A stretch of DNA of 42,902 nt. Source: a virus. Its lineage: Duplodnaviria; Caudoviricetes. Shown here piece by piece: positions 14,650-24,703 of the stretch. Position 1 is the stretch's first letter, and every line of letters starts with the position of its first letter. Position numbers and translations under genes: made by a program. The DNA lies in the IMG/VR virus record IMGVR_UViG_3300044711_000031, positions 1-42,902 of that record. One strand, written 5' to 3'. A model generated the notes under the pieces. That model was given only the letters and a program-made list of their open reading frames with translations. It had not been told where the DNA came from and did no database searches.

Positions 14650-16511
14650 TTTGGCTCTCCCGGGAAGACTCCTAGTTTCTGAGCAGCCTTGGTCAAGCTA
14701 TCCAATGTTGATTCTGAAACACCTGGGTTTTTCGCCCGAATAGCCTCTTTCCATTCCGCAAAGGTCTTTTGCGATAGAGGCACAGATTCAGCTCGCGATG
14801 CTGGTGTTGAGCGAGGTCTTGGCATCGTAGCAGGATGCCGCATTGTTGCGTTCGATTGAAAATCACGAGGGTTCGGTTTTGGAGTCATCACTGGTTCATT
14901 TAGAACCATTCTAGGATCGGGTAGCGTAGTCGCTTCCATGCCTCGTGGATTAAGGCTAAACCGAGGTCCTGTTCCGCTAGATGCGCGCCCCAAACCGATA
15001 GGTCCGGGTTTACCAGGATCACGAAAATTGACAGCTAACTCCTCGGGTATCTCAGGAAATCCTTGAGGTTCTGAAACTCTCAGATCCTTCATTGCTCTTG
15101 CGATTCTTGCGTCTGGATGATTGACTCCAAGACCTTGCATTGTCTTAGTTCTCAATCCTATCCTTGAGGCCACTCCGCCCATTGTTGAAGGGGGAACTCC
15201 AGATAAATCCAGATGTGGATCATATACGCTGGTCGATTCCTTCGGAAGTTTCAGCGAGGCATCGTGAGCAACCTCTGATAAGTTACGGATGTTATTCACA
15301 GCCCCTATGTCGGAATAAGCCTTCTGTGCGAACGGCTGAACTTCAACGGGGTATGCTTGAAAGAAGTTGCTCCTTAGGTTTTGGCGCAAGTCTTCCAGCC
15401 ATCCCCATTCAGGGTCCATTCGCATTACCCGCGCTTTGTCTGGAGTCTTGTTCATCACAGACTGGAGAATGTAGTTAGTATCCTTCAGAGCGGATTGGGC
15501 TTCAGAAAGGCTCAATGTCTCACCGTCTACCAGTTTGGCAATGTCCGGGTAAGCCACGCGGTTATGGGAAGTCATCAATTGCGAAGCTCGCTCACGAATC
15601 GTGGGGTCGATTCCAACGGTTGCATTCTTTCCGCGATACGGATCAAGGAAGTTCTGCTTGAAAGAATCGTACAGGCGACGGGAAGTATTGATTGCGGCAT
15701 CCCGAAGAGTCTTCGTTGAAGTGATCGATTGGGTTCCACCAGCCGTCTTAGAAATTTCTGGCATAGCTGTATCAATGTCAGAGATTGTACGCTCTACTTG
15801 TCCGGGCCCAGGATTCAAGGTCTGAATGATCTCTAGCTTTGCAAGGCTGCTTTTCGCGGCCGCCTTTGCAGCCTTCGCCGTCTTACCAAACTTCGCTTCT
15901 ACCGCTCCCGGTATTTCCGAGATCCCTCTTGCGATGGCAGCATTGCCCAGTCCGACGCCAACGGCTTCCCCGCCCTCTCCGCGTTTGATAGCATCGAGCA
16001 TATCTGATCCGCCCGGGATCAGTGCAGAACCCATCGTCAGAGCGCCTTCTTCGGGAGCACCAGCCTTGATCAAATCAGCGCCCTTGGCTACCTGCTGAAT
16101 GGATGGCTGTGCAAGGCGATGGGCAGCAAGCCCGAGATTTCCACCTAGAGCTTGGTAGCGCTCCTCTTCGGTTCCTTCAGGGCTGCGAGCGAATGCATCG
16201 AATGTTGCAGGAATCATCTGGAGAGCGCCCTTGGCTGATTTCAGGATTCCACGGACTGCTCCGGTACCATGCTTGAAAACATCCCCAAGTGCACCTTCGA
16301 TGAAAGCACCTGTGCCGGGAGCCGCTACTTCCGTTGCTCGCTGATTCGAGATGTTCTTCTTCGCCGCTTCAAGCGCAGATTTACGGATCGGCCCAACCAT
16401 CTCCTCGTCAGGTTGTGGCGCTTCATCCTGAACAGCATACTTGCCCCAAGGATCTGCTGTGGCCGTGGCAGTGGATGAACCTACCGCGTACTTATCCCAC
16501 TTGTCAGCCAT
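14646..16511 (-). CDS. Internal virion / DNA ejection protein (putative)
   Basis: 621 aa, Ala/Gly-rich; DKWDKY/DPWGKY N-terminal motifs; position after tail genes. Confidence 0.65.
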   Translation of the reverse strand: MADKWDKYAVGSSTATATADPWGKYAVQDEAPQPDEEMVGPIRKSALEAAKKNISNQRATEVAAPGTGAFIEGALGDVFKHGTGAVRGILKSAKGALQMIPATFDAFARSPEGTEEERYQALGGNLGLAAHRLAQPSIQQVAKGADLIKAGAPEEGALTMGSALIPGGSDMLDAIKRGEGGEAVGVGLGNAAIARGISEIPGAVEAKFGKTAKAAKAAAKSSLAKLEIIQTLNPGPGQVERTISDIDTAMPEISKTAGGTQSITSTKTLRDAAINTSRRLYDSFKQNFLDPYRGKNATVGIDPTIRERASQLMTSHNRVAYPDIAKLVDGETLSLSEAQSALKDTNYILQSVMNKTPDKARVMRMDPEWGWLEDLRQNLRSNFFQAYPVEVQPFAQKAYSDIGAVNNIRNLSEVAHDASLKLPKESTSVYDPHLDLSGVPPSTMGGVASRIGLRTKTMQGLGVNHPDARIARAMKDLRVSEPQGFPEIPEELAVNFRDPGKPGPIGLGRASSGTGPRFSLNPRGMEATTLPDPRMVLNEPVMTPKPNPRDFQSNATMRHPATMPRPRSTPASRAESVPLSQKTFAEWKEAIRAKNPGVSESTLDSLTKAAQKLGVFPGEPN

Positions 16512-18052
16512 TAGCGGCCTCCGAGTGTTGCCTTCGGATGGTCCTTCTTGAATGCCGCCACTTCAGATGCAGGGATTTGGTAGCGGACGCCGTTATCCAT
16601 GTAGGTCACGGCTGTTTTCTTCAGTGAAGGTACGCCTTCGTGGAGACGCTTGATGTTGCCCATTGCCGCATCAATCTGGCGGTTGGCGTATTCGCTGCCC
16701 GGAGTCGAGGCGCCGGGTAGCGTCTTGAGGATACGCTGAACTTGGGCTTCTGATCCGACTCCGGTTCCAAGAAGCGTCCGTAGCCCTTGAATCTGCTCAC
16801 GGGCGTTGAGATTGGCGACAACATACGCCTCCTCCTTGTTGGTCAGCTTGCCAGCAGGAAAACTCTGAAGGAACGTTGTGGCCGTCCACTGGGGATCAGC
16901 AAGAACCGAAGCAATCTTGGCCCTGCTTTCCATTCCACTATCGAGAGCATCTGTTTCCTTCTTCAGATTCTCCAGAGAGGCTGAAATGTCATTGAAGCGA
17001 GACTCCTTGGTTCTGATGCCAGCGGTATCAGTTGGCCGCGAAGCAATGTCATCAGGCGTCAGGTCCTTGACCTTCTTGTAATGCGAGACACCAGGGTTAT
17101 CCGGGTCCATCACATCAACTACGCGATTCCCAACTAGCATGGCGTATCCCTGAAGGCGGGGATTAGATGCCATACGATTCTTGATCGTTTCAGCTTTATG
17201 CCCGTAATCCGCAATCTTCGCAGCCGTGGCAGGATCATTGGGATCGCCCTGCGGAGGTTGACCGAGTTGCATAACGATGATCGGATCAAGTTTGGCCCAC
17301 GGGTTCACGGGAGCTTTCTTCTGACCAATCGTATTGACAGCCGTTACTCCATGAACGGGTTTCCCTTCCATGTCCACGTTTTGATTGCCGATGATCTTCC
17401 CAGGGATAGGCTTATCCTGTCCTTCCACGGTAAACTCAACCAGTTTCGCAGCGCCCTGAGCTACTGGCTTTGGAATAGGCACAACTTCAGGACCAATCGG
17501 CTGTTGAGTCACACCGTGGAGCATCTCCGTCCCGTGCTGAATCACTGGCACAGGCTGATAGGTTCCATCCTCCTGTTTGATTCCCATGTTTGGAATGAAC
17601 TTAGGCTTGGATGCCGTATTCGCGTTCTTGGTCTCGCCCGAGTCGATGCGCTCGCGAGCAATCTTCTCTAGTTCCCGGTTGTGAGCCTCTTGAGCCTGTT
17701 TCTGCTGGATCGTGGCCTCTTGAGCCGCCTGCGCCATCTTCCGCTGTTGCTTCATCCTCTCGTACTCAGTTCCAGCCGATAGCGAAGCTCCAAGACCAGC
17801 CAATCCACCTCGCCCCGGAGCGGCTTCCGAAGATGCCGATAGGCCACGGCCTACGGAGTACAGGAACGAGCCGAGAATCTCCCGCATGTGATCCTTGTCA
17901 CTCTTTCCAGACGTTCCACCCATCGGGGGATTGGCGCCAGTAGCACCAGCCGGCGAATCAGGCATGCCCAAAGCCGGATTAGTACCCTGAAGGGACATAT
18001 CCGATGGCGGCTGGCCGGAGAGTAGAGCTTGGATAGCGTCCATGTCAGGCAT
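16511..18052 (-). CDS. Internal virion / DNA ejection protein (putative)
   Basis: 513 aa; GGLAGLG segment followed by a Gln-rich coil; synteny. Confidence 0.65.
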   Translation of the reverse strand: MPDMDAIQALLSGQPPSDMSLQGTNPALGMPDSPAGATGANPPMGGTSGKSDKDHMREILGSFLYSVGRGLSASSEAAPGRGGLAGLGASLSAGTEYERMKQQRKMAQAAQEATIQQKQAQEAHNRELEKIARERIDSGETKNANTASKPKFIPNMGIKQEDGTYQPVPVIQHGTEMLHGVTQQPIGPEVVPIPKPVAQGAAKLVEFTVEGQDKPIPGKIIGNQNVDMEGKPVHGVTAVNTIGQKKAPVNPWAKLDPIIVMQLGQPPQGDPNDPATAAKIADYGHKAETIKNRMASNPRLQGYAMLVGNRVVDVMDPDNPGVSHYKKVKDLTPDDIASRPTDTAGIRTKESRFNDISASLENLKKETDALDSGMESRAKIASVLADPQWTATTFLQSFPAGKLTNKEEAYVVANLNAREQIQGLRTLLGTGVGSEAQVQRILKTLPGASTPGSEYANRQIDAAMGNIKRLHEGVPSLKKTAVTYMDNGVRYQIPASEVAAFKKDHPKATLGGR

Positions 18053-19274
18053 ATGCTTTGGTTGCCTTTCTCAGAGCCAGATTAAAGAGCCACTGGAAGA
18101 CTCTGCGGGTTCTCCGGTGAGTTTGGATGAATCGGGCCATCTGCTCGCCGTAATTCAAATACAGGGCAACCAGGGGCTTGCCAATGGCAGTGTGGCGGAA
18201 CTTCTCATGGAGCCAGCGGCGAACCAGGATGACTCGCGAGTCTTTCCACCCTCCCCAAAGTTCAGCGGCAATCCAGCAGCCCTTGTTGAACAAACCGCCC
18301 GAAGTTAGACCTTGACCAGCCGCCCCGATTCCCGCTCCAAGGATGGGAGCAGCGTAGTCCCAAGCACTCGGCTTGATCAGACCAGTGCGGGTATTGGTAG
18401 CGGAACCCTCAGACCCCAAAGCCGAATCAGCCCCGCTCACAAACGTTGATGGGTTATAGATGCCCCCGATGGTACCCGCCGTGGCGTTTTGACCCTGTAG
18501 GGCCGCTAGGATCGCACTGAGGCCACTATTACGGGCGTTCTGGATTCCTCCAAGGCCGCTTGTGCGAGCCGCTTGAGTCCCGGCCAAGCCAGAATTACGA
18601 GCCGCCTGAGTCCCGGCAAGACCCTGAGTCCGGGCCGACTGCCGTTGAGCCAAGGCCGAAGCCAGCGCCGTAAGACCTTGACGCTTTGCCGCCTCAGTCT
18701 GGAGAATGGTGTCCCGGTTGGCTCCTGAGATGGCGTTAGCTTTAGCCGCAAATAAGGGGGCCAGTTGGCGAGCCATTTCCCCGCCGCCAGGTGTATCCCC
18801 GCCCCCGACACCCCGCCGCGACAAAGCCGCCTGAATCTGAGACTGAGCATTGTTGAATTGGCCGGGGATCTGATCCGTCTGATTGGTTCGGAGAGCCGCC
18901 TGTGCCTCTGGGGATAGCCCCTGATCCGCGTACTGCTGAGAACGGCTAACTAGGCCAGTCGTATCCTCGAGCCCCGCCTGTGCCGATTTCTCTGCTTCGG
19001 ATAGCCCCTGCCCACTGGCAAGTTCAGCTTCGCTGAGTCCTTGGGTGTTGGAGTTCTGCGCTTCTCCCAAACCCTGATCGAAGTTCTTGTTGGCCAAGTT
19101 GGAGGCATCAGTTTGGCCGGAGATGATTTGCTGAAGGAGCGGGTCCAAAGTCGCATCACGCTTGCCCAATTGCCCAGTAAGCAGTTGAAGCATCTGCTGC
19201 CGCTGCTGATCCGCGTTCTGGATCTGCTGATTGGCGATGTCTTGCGCTTTTCCGACTTCGGCTCCGCGTCCCAT
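18045..19274 (-). CDS. DNA pilot/ejection protein with 11-residue repeats and CFI-box-CTERM-like tail
   Basis: Q/A/G-rich; GLAGTQAARxS repeats; C-terminal GCWIAAELWG...LVALYLNYG. Confidence 0.7.
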   Translation of the reverse strand: MGRGAEVGKAQDIANQQIQNADQQRQQMLQLLTGQLGKRDATLDPLLQQIISGQTDASNLANKNFDQGLGEAQNSNTQGLSEAELASGQGLSEAEKSAQAGLEDTTGLVSRSQQYADQGLSPEAQAALRTNQTDQIPGQFNNAQSQIQAALSRRGVGGGDTPGGGEMARQLAPLFAAKANAISGANRDTILQTEAAKRQGLTALASALAQRQSARTQGLAGTQAARNSGLAGTQAARTSGLGGIQNARNSGLSAILAALQGQNATAGTIGGIYNPSTFVSGADSALGSEGSATNTRTGLIKPSAWDYAAPILGAGIGAAGQGLTSGGLFNKGCWIAAELWGGWKDSRVILVRRWLHEKFRHTAIGKPLVALYLNYGEQMARFIQTHRRTRRVFQWLFNLALRKATKAYA

Positions 19275-19276
19275 AG

Positions 19277-19492
19277 TTAGGCCACCTTATCTTCTGGAAT
19301 CGGGTGCGATTGAGGAAACTCACCAGAGGTCATCCCTGTTTCAAAATAGATATTCCATGCAAGGTCAATGTATCTCCTATGGCGTTCGTTATCGGCTTCC
19401 TTCGGAGAAAAGCAATCACCAGATCCCACATGCCACGAAGCATCACTCAGGGCGTCCATTACCGTTGCCAATTGCTCTATTGTTAGATTCAT
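19277..19492 (-). CDS. Hypothetical protein
   Basis: ATGA overlap; in operon. Confidence 0.6.
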   Translation of the reverse strand: MNLTIEQLATVMDALSDASWHVGSGDCFSPKEADNERHRRYIDLAWNIYFETGMTSGEFPQSHPIPEDKVA

Positions 19493-19869
19493 CGCAACCT
19501 CAGGCTGTACATCGGATGTGGAATCATCTCAAATCCGTGGTGAAGGGCCAAAGACCTGATGGACTCCTGCGTCATGTTCCCCGCGAAGAAGAAAATCTCA
19601 TCAATGCCTCGTTCTGCGGCGATCGCCGCAATGCCGTGAATCAGAGACTTGATGGCCGCTGCTTTCTCCAACTCGGTAGCTTCGGGATTAGTAGCCAAAT
19701 CCTCAAGGCAGATGACAGGCAGCGCTGTAACGAATGCCACGGGCTTGCCGTTGTGAGCGCAATAGACCGTGGATGGATTGCGAGCCGCCGCAGGTTCGGC
19801 AACTCCAGCCCATTCTAAAGCGCTTTGAAGCTCTTCCGGCCTAGCCTGACGCGGGAAGATTTGCTTCAC
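19489..19869 (-). CDS. GNAT-like small protein of podoviral tail/ejection module (putative)
   Basis: RQARPEEL N-terminus and ...HHGFE.. C-terminus; position between tail and ejection genes. Confidence 0.55.
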   Translation of the reverse strand: MKQIFPRQARPEELQSALEWAGVAEPAAARNPSTVYCAHNGKPVAFVTALPVICLEDLATNPEATELEKAAAIKSLIHGIAAIAAERGIDEIFFFAGNMTQESIRSLALHHGFEMIPHPMYSLRLR

Positions 19870-20053
19870 CCGGAGCCTCCTTCAAAGTCATGCGGTCGAG
19901 CTTCGCGCCCACTTCTTTTTCCACTTCCAAGAATGCCCTATTTTCATCTTCCATCGCCTGTTTGAGAGCCATCTGAGTACGCAGGAAGTCTGTTTCCATT
20001 CCCAACCTGATCCGCTGCGCCCGGACTAGGATGAGTTCTTGAGATTCAGTCAT
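19841..20053 (-). CDS. Coiled-coil hypothetical protein (possible fibre chaperone)
   Basis: Helical ORF after fibre gene; TGcTAGGAT box 7 nt before ATG. Confidence 0.6.
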   Translation of the reverse strand: MTESQELILVRAQRIRLGMETDFLRTQMALKQAMEDENRAFLEVEKEVGAKLDRMTLKEAPGEANLPASG

Positions 20054-20075
20054 AGTCGGTATCCTAGCATAAGCC

Positions 20076-21599
20076 TCACATCACCAACCAGTTTCCGTTG
20101 ATACGTTGCAGGAAACAGCCATGTCCTGACCCAGTTGCTACGCTTCCCGCAGCTACGCCATCATCGTGAATATTCTTTGCATCCGAAGAGTAGATCAACG
20201 ATCCATTGTTTGCAGCAGGCAATGAAGCCACAGCAACGCCCACATACTCTACTTGTCCAGTTGAATATAGGAGGATATAATAGCTTCCCGAAAACAACTG
20301 AGCGAAACTAGCAACACTACTTAAGGTCAATCCTTGATTTCCGGTACGCTCTCTAATCTGGAGAGCGTTCTGTCCGGCCGTTATGCTAGCCCAGAAGGTG
20401 CTGCTGCCTCCATTCAGGCCATAAAATTGAAGAACTGGAGAGTTTGTATCGTTGGACTCCATTCTAAAGGTAAAGCCACTTGCGTAGGCATGCCAGTCTG
20501 TTGCTGGAGAACTCGCGATGCCGTAACCTAACCTACCGTTAGAGGTAGAGATGTATAGCAAATTGTTGAGGTAGCCGCTGAAGTCAACATCCACGACTGA
20601 CAATTTCTTCCAACGCAGAGGAGTGGTGGTATCTCCCAGTTCATAGGTATTGGTCGTCGCAGGCTTCAGGTCTCCAGTTACGAGTCCACTAACATCTAAG
20701 TTCTTGGTGAATATACCAAGCCATCTACCTCCAGTGTTGCCAATGCTGTAAGTAACTCCCAACAGTGGAATTTGATCAAGTGCCCATTGCGCCTGTCCCG
20801 TGGAGGTGCTGAGTAGCAAGCTAGTTCCTCCGAGGTTGTTAAACAACTGAAGCTGACTTGCTGCCACAAGATGCAATGACCAAGTTCCTAACCCGGTAGT
20901 AAAATCAAGCCGAGTGTTAGAGATCGTAACGGAATCGGTGAATACAGTAGGGAAAGAAAAAGTCTGGCTTGCTGTCCATCGTTGAACTACCTCAAGACCT
21001 GCCACCGTCAGATCCTTATCCTGAACATGCCATGTTCGGGTGGTTCCAGACGACACGGACGATAAATCCCATTTTAGCTTCTTCGTCGCATCCGTGGAAC
21101 TGTAAAGCAACGCAGTCCCATCAGGAAAAGGCTGGCCGCTGGATACGGATACTCCTGTGGTCGTCGGAGCATCTCCTAGCTGCATCGAGACGCGAGCGCT
21201 TTCCTTGCCCTGTGAGTTGACCGCAGAAACCCAATAAAATAGAGACTTTCCTGAACCCGGAGCGTCTACGTAGTGCATTGATCCAGTCAAGTTCGGGTTC
21301 TGAAAAACCACATCAATCCGAGCCGCCGCCGCCGCGTTATTCACATCGGAGCGATACACGTTGTAGGCCGCGACGAAAGGATCGTTGACCACCAAGAAAT
21401 CAAAGGTGACTGTCTCGATTCCTGCTGTTGCGGGTGAGAATATCGCCGTAGGTGCTGGCGCCGCCGACTGCCGACGAAGATTTACGGTACTCGCCACCTT
21501 CTGAATTTGGCGCAAGTTATAGGCGCGAGCAATTGCCTCACGGGATTCACCACCACCTGAAGTGATCTCCTGTACCGACTTGTCTTCATTATCCGGCAT
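20076..21599 (-). CDS. Tail fibre/spike protein with FN3-like N-terminal domain
   Basis: YNVYRS...FYWVSAVNSQGKES FN3 pattern; PxxxNTYxLG...RW fibre repeats. Confidence 0.75.
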   Translation of the reverse strand: MPDNEDKSVQEITSGGGESREAIARAYNLRQIQKVASTVNLRRQSAAPAPTAIFSPATAGIETVTFDFLVVNDPFVAAYNVYRSDVNNAAAAARIDVVFQNPNLTGSMHYVDAPGSGKSLFYWVSAVNSQGKESARVSMQLGDAPTTTGVSVSSGQPFPDGTALLYSSTDATKKLKWDLSSVSSGTTRTWHVQDKDLTVAGLEVVQRWTASQTFSFPTVFTDSVTISNTRLDFTTGLGTWSLHLVAASQLQLFNNLGGTSLLLSTSTGQAQWALDQIPLLGVTYSIGNTGGRWLGIFTKNLDVSGLVTGDLKPATTNTYELGDTTTPLRWKKLSVVDVDFSGYLNNLLYISTSNGRLGYGIASSPATDWHAYASGFTFRMESNDTNSPVLQFYGLNGGSSTFWASITAGQNALQIRERTGNQGLTLSSVASFAQLFSGSYYILLYSTGQVEYVGVAVASLPAANNGSLIYSSDAKNIHDDGVAAGSVATGSGHGCFLQRINGNWLVM

Positions 21600-23439
21600 T
21601 GGTCTGGAAGTCGCTTCCTGCGATGTTCAATCCATATAACTTAAAGTTGGCATCTTCAACAGGCCATGTCAGGCGAACGCAGGTCTTACGCCCAACCTCC
21701 GATCGGTCGTAATACCAAGACTCATAGAGATTGGCTCCCTGAGAACGAAGTGGGGCCGTCGCAATGTTCGCCGTGATGTCTAGGAATGTAACCGTTGCAG
21801 AACCCGTAGGATCATCGTCCTTGAGGATCTCAACCGTTGATGGCCGCGTTGATCCTGTTTCCAACACAACATATTCAGAGACTCCAGAATGGCCCATGCC
21901 TTGAACTCCTGCGCTGATCGGAGCCAACGAAGTAGTTGCCGTTGCTGTGTAGGCCGTTCCGTTGTCATTGTAGGCCGTGTAGTTCATCGCCAGTATCTTC
22001 CCCGACGAATGAGCAATGAGAACTTGCCGTGTATTTGGACCTGTCAAAACCGAAGCAATCGCCGTTCCTGAAACGCTCCACGGGGGCATCCACTGTTCCG
22101 TATCCATGTCGTAGACGCGCAGTTTCCCTGCCGCTCCATCCATGAGAATCCCCAACTGATAGCGACCGTCAGGGTGGTAGCAGAGATACGCCTGTGATTG
22201 GTCAATGCTGGCAATATCAGGGCGAATGTCTAATGAGAACTCGCGTTGCGTATAGCCATCACTGATCCGCATCGTGTTGCCGTTATCGAGCCATGCCCCA
22301 GCCTTTCCCACAAGAGCCGTTGCGGTGTTGTACAGCGTTCCCATATTCGAGATGAACGGGTCCTTTCGGAAGGTATCGAGTGAATCTCCTGTAATCTTGA
22401 AGATTTTCGGGCCTACGCAGTGAACTAATAGACCTTGATCCACGGGTTGAATCGCCGTTACCTGAGCTCCGAAACGGAAGTAGTTCGTTGGTGTGAAGCT
22501 CTGCCATGCGATCCCCGTAGTCTGTTCTTCGTTGTTGGAAAACCATACCTGATCGTTCTTGTATCCCCAAAGACGGCTGGCATACTCAACGACACCAGCG
22601 AGAGCCGAAGGCGGATCGTTGGCAGCAGCCGGAGGAGCCGTCTCAGAGAAAAGCTGAATATCGGTATTCTGATCGGTGATGCTCCACGTTCCACCACCTG
22701 TATTGTTGACGATTTCTCCCGGCAACTGGAAATAGATGGCCCCGCCGCCATCCGTGGTTCTGAAAACCTTGATGCCGAATACTGCCCCATCAGTTGAGTA
22801 GGCTCCCGTGATGGTGGGTAGCTCCTCATCGAATGCACCCGTTGAGGTACTTGCAGGTGAAGGAGAGCTAATCTGACCGCTCACTGTCTCGTAACAGTAG
22901 ACGTAGGAGTATCCAATGGCCGCTGAAGGGTTACCCGGAGCAGTGGCAGAAAGAGTCACGGTTGGGGGGGCCGTGGGAAAATCAACACCCCACTTTCCGG
23001 GGTTTGAGGCACTTGTAGTGGTGTTCCCATCCCACTGCCCCATGTCAGACCCGTTCGCAAAGAACAGGCTGTCATTGAACGTTACGAAGTCATAGGGACG
23101 TGCAGAGCTACCCGTATAAAACAGCGTGAATACCGTGCTCAGTCCAGGGATGTAGTAGTAGAGCTTGCTCTGAGACGAAGTGACTTCGTTAACTATGATA
23201 TAGAACGGCCCGTTCCATTTGCGCCACCCGAAGATTCTGCGAGCCGTTGTGAAGACCGTTGGGGTTCCTGTTTCTAAGGCCGAAGGGAAACCGGGACGGC
23301 GCTCCGCATACCCCTTAATAGAGGTGAGCACGTTCGATCCAGCCACAAAGCGCAGATCACGGTTCAGAGGCGATGATTGAACATCGTACCTGAGCGCCGC
23401 GTTGTCAGTGTAGTTCGGCCTGATCTTCTGCGGATTCAT
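21589..23439 (-). CDS. Tail nozzle / tail tubular protein B-like (P22 gp10 / T7 gp12 position)
   Basis: 616 aa, beta-rich; ERRPGF near N-terminus; synteny. Confidence 0.7.
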   Translation of the reverse strand: MNPQKIRPNYTDNAALRYDVQSSPLNRDLRFVAGSNVLTSIKGYAERRPGFPSALETGTPTVFTTARRIFGWRKWNGPFYIIVNEVTSSQSKLYYYIPGLSTVFTLFYTGSSARPYDFVTFNDSLFFANGSDMGQWDGNTTTSASNPGKWGVDFPTAPPTVTLSATAPGNPSAAIGYSYVYCYETVSGQISSPSPASTSTGAFDEELPTITGAYSTDGAVFGIKVFRTTDGGGAIYFQLPGEIVNNTGGGTWSITDQNTDIQLFSETAPPAAANDPPSALAGVVEYASRLWGYKNDQVWFSNNEEQTTGIAWQSFTPTNYFRFGAQVTAIQPVDQGLLVHCVGPKIFKITGDSLDTFRKDPFISNMGTLYNTATALVGKAGAWLDNGNTMRISDGYTQREFSLDIRPDIASIDQSQAYLCYHPDGRYQLGILMDGAAGKLRVYDMDTEQWMPPWSVSGTAIASVLTGPNTRQVLIAHSSGKILAMNYTAYNDNGTAYTATATTSLAPISAGVQGMGHSGVSEYVVLETGSTRPSTVEILKDDDPTGSATVTFLDITANIATAPLRSQGANLYESWYYDRSEVGRKTCVRLTWPVEDANFKLYGLNIAGSDFQTNAG

Positions 23440-24695
23440 TAGATGAGAGTGGCGTAAGCCCCTCCAGCTTTTGAAACCTTGATGTTGGTTCCGTCAAAGT
23501 ACATCCGAGCCGTGTTTGCTCCTGATAGTGAAGGCGGGGAGGATGTGTACTCCATCTCGAAATATCCTCCCGTGCCGGAAGTGATTCCCAAGTTAATGAT
23601 TCCTGCATAGAACTGCTTCCAGCGAGTGGCTGTGGTTCCTACTTGGCGAGTGTTTGTAACATCGGGAGTGATGTGGGCATACGAGGTAACTGACTCGCTT
23701 CCACTTCCCGCAGAAGTAGACCAAGCAAAGCGAACCGTTCCGCCGTTGTCGTATAAGGCGAATGCTGTTGATCCTCCGAACTGCTTGAATGCCCAATTGG
23801 TGGTAAATCCCGTGTCATAGACAGCCAGAAGAGTATTGCTTCGGATGTCTCCCGCTGTGATATTGGTCCACGGGTTCGCAGTGCTTCCGAGATTAACCGA
23901 ACCCGTAGGCACTAGATTGGACGATACCGAACCCGCCACGTCAAGGTTCTGAGTGTAGGTGGTTGACCAACGCAATGAAGACTGCCCGAGGGTCCGAGTG
24001 TTGTTGGTGGAAGGAAACACTCGACCAACTACCGAGAGCCCAGGCGTCGATCCTGAACCTACGAATTGCGATTGGATGACTCCCAAATTGTCGGTGATCT
24101 TCATGGTGTTCGCATCAACCATTTGGATCGCCCATGAATTTACAGGACTCGCCATCCCCGATTGGCAAACCGTTAGATTCTCGGTCCCGATCACATGGCC
24201 GATGACAGCATTCCATCCTTGGCCGTATCCCCCAAGAGAATATAGATTGTCTCCAGTTGGGTAAATGTGGGCCGTATGAGTCTGTTGGGCCGTCCACGTT
24301 TGAGCCAAATTTATTCCAGCCAGCGTGACGTTCCCATTGGGCAGAGTATATGTCCGAGTAGTTCCAGTGGTGATTGATGCAGCAGAGAAGATAGCTAGCT
24401 TAGTTGCATCGCTGGAATTTACAACCAGAGTATTGGCATCGCTGAATGGAGGGAAACTTCCTACGAGAGTGGCGTAAGCCCCGCCATTCTCGCTCACCTT
24501 GAACTTATTGGCCGATGAATCGAAGTAGATGATTCCCGAACCAGAGGTGCTCAACGATGGGGCTGTGATGCCCTGCATGGTGAATCGCTGGAGTTGCAAG
24601 ACGTAGCGAGCATACAGATCCCACGTGCGAGCCGCCGCTCCAAGAGCATACCCGGTTGTCGAAGGTTCTACCGCCGCATCGAATATCTGAGCCAT
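23439..24695 (-). CDS. Tail fibre protein
   Basis: Ser/Thr/Gly-rich; repeated PxxxNxxxLG...W units. Confidence 0.75.
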   Translation of the reverse strand: MAQIFDAAVEPSTTGYALGAAARTWDLYARYVLQLQRFTMQGITAPSLSTSGSGIIYFDSSANKFKVSENGGAYATLVGSFPPFSDANTLVVNSSDATKLAIFSAASITTGTTRTYTLPNGNVTLAGINLAQTWTAQQTHTAHIYPTGDNLYSLGGYGQGWNAVIGHVIGTENLTVCQSGMASPVNSWAIQMVDANTMKITDNLGVIQSQFVGSGSTPGLSVVGRVFPSTNNTRTLGQSSLRWSTTYTQNLDVAGSVSSNLVPTGSVNLGSTANPWTNITAGDIRSNTLLAVYDTGFTTNWAFKQFGGSTAFALYDNGGTVRFAWSTSAGSGSESVTSYAHITPDVTNTRQVGTTATRWKQFYAGIINLGITSGTGGYFEMEYTSSPPSLSGANTARMYFDGTNIKVSKAGGAYATLI

Positions 24696-24703
24696 CGTCC
24701 CTC

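Noticed and set aside
20076-24695. Diversity-generating retroelement or invertase-based fibre switching
   Set aside because: No reverse transcriptase or recombinase gene, and no adenine-specific TR/VR repeat pair seen
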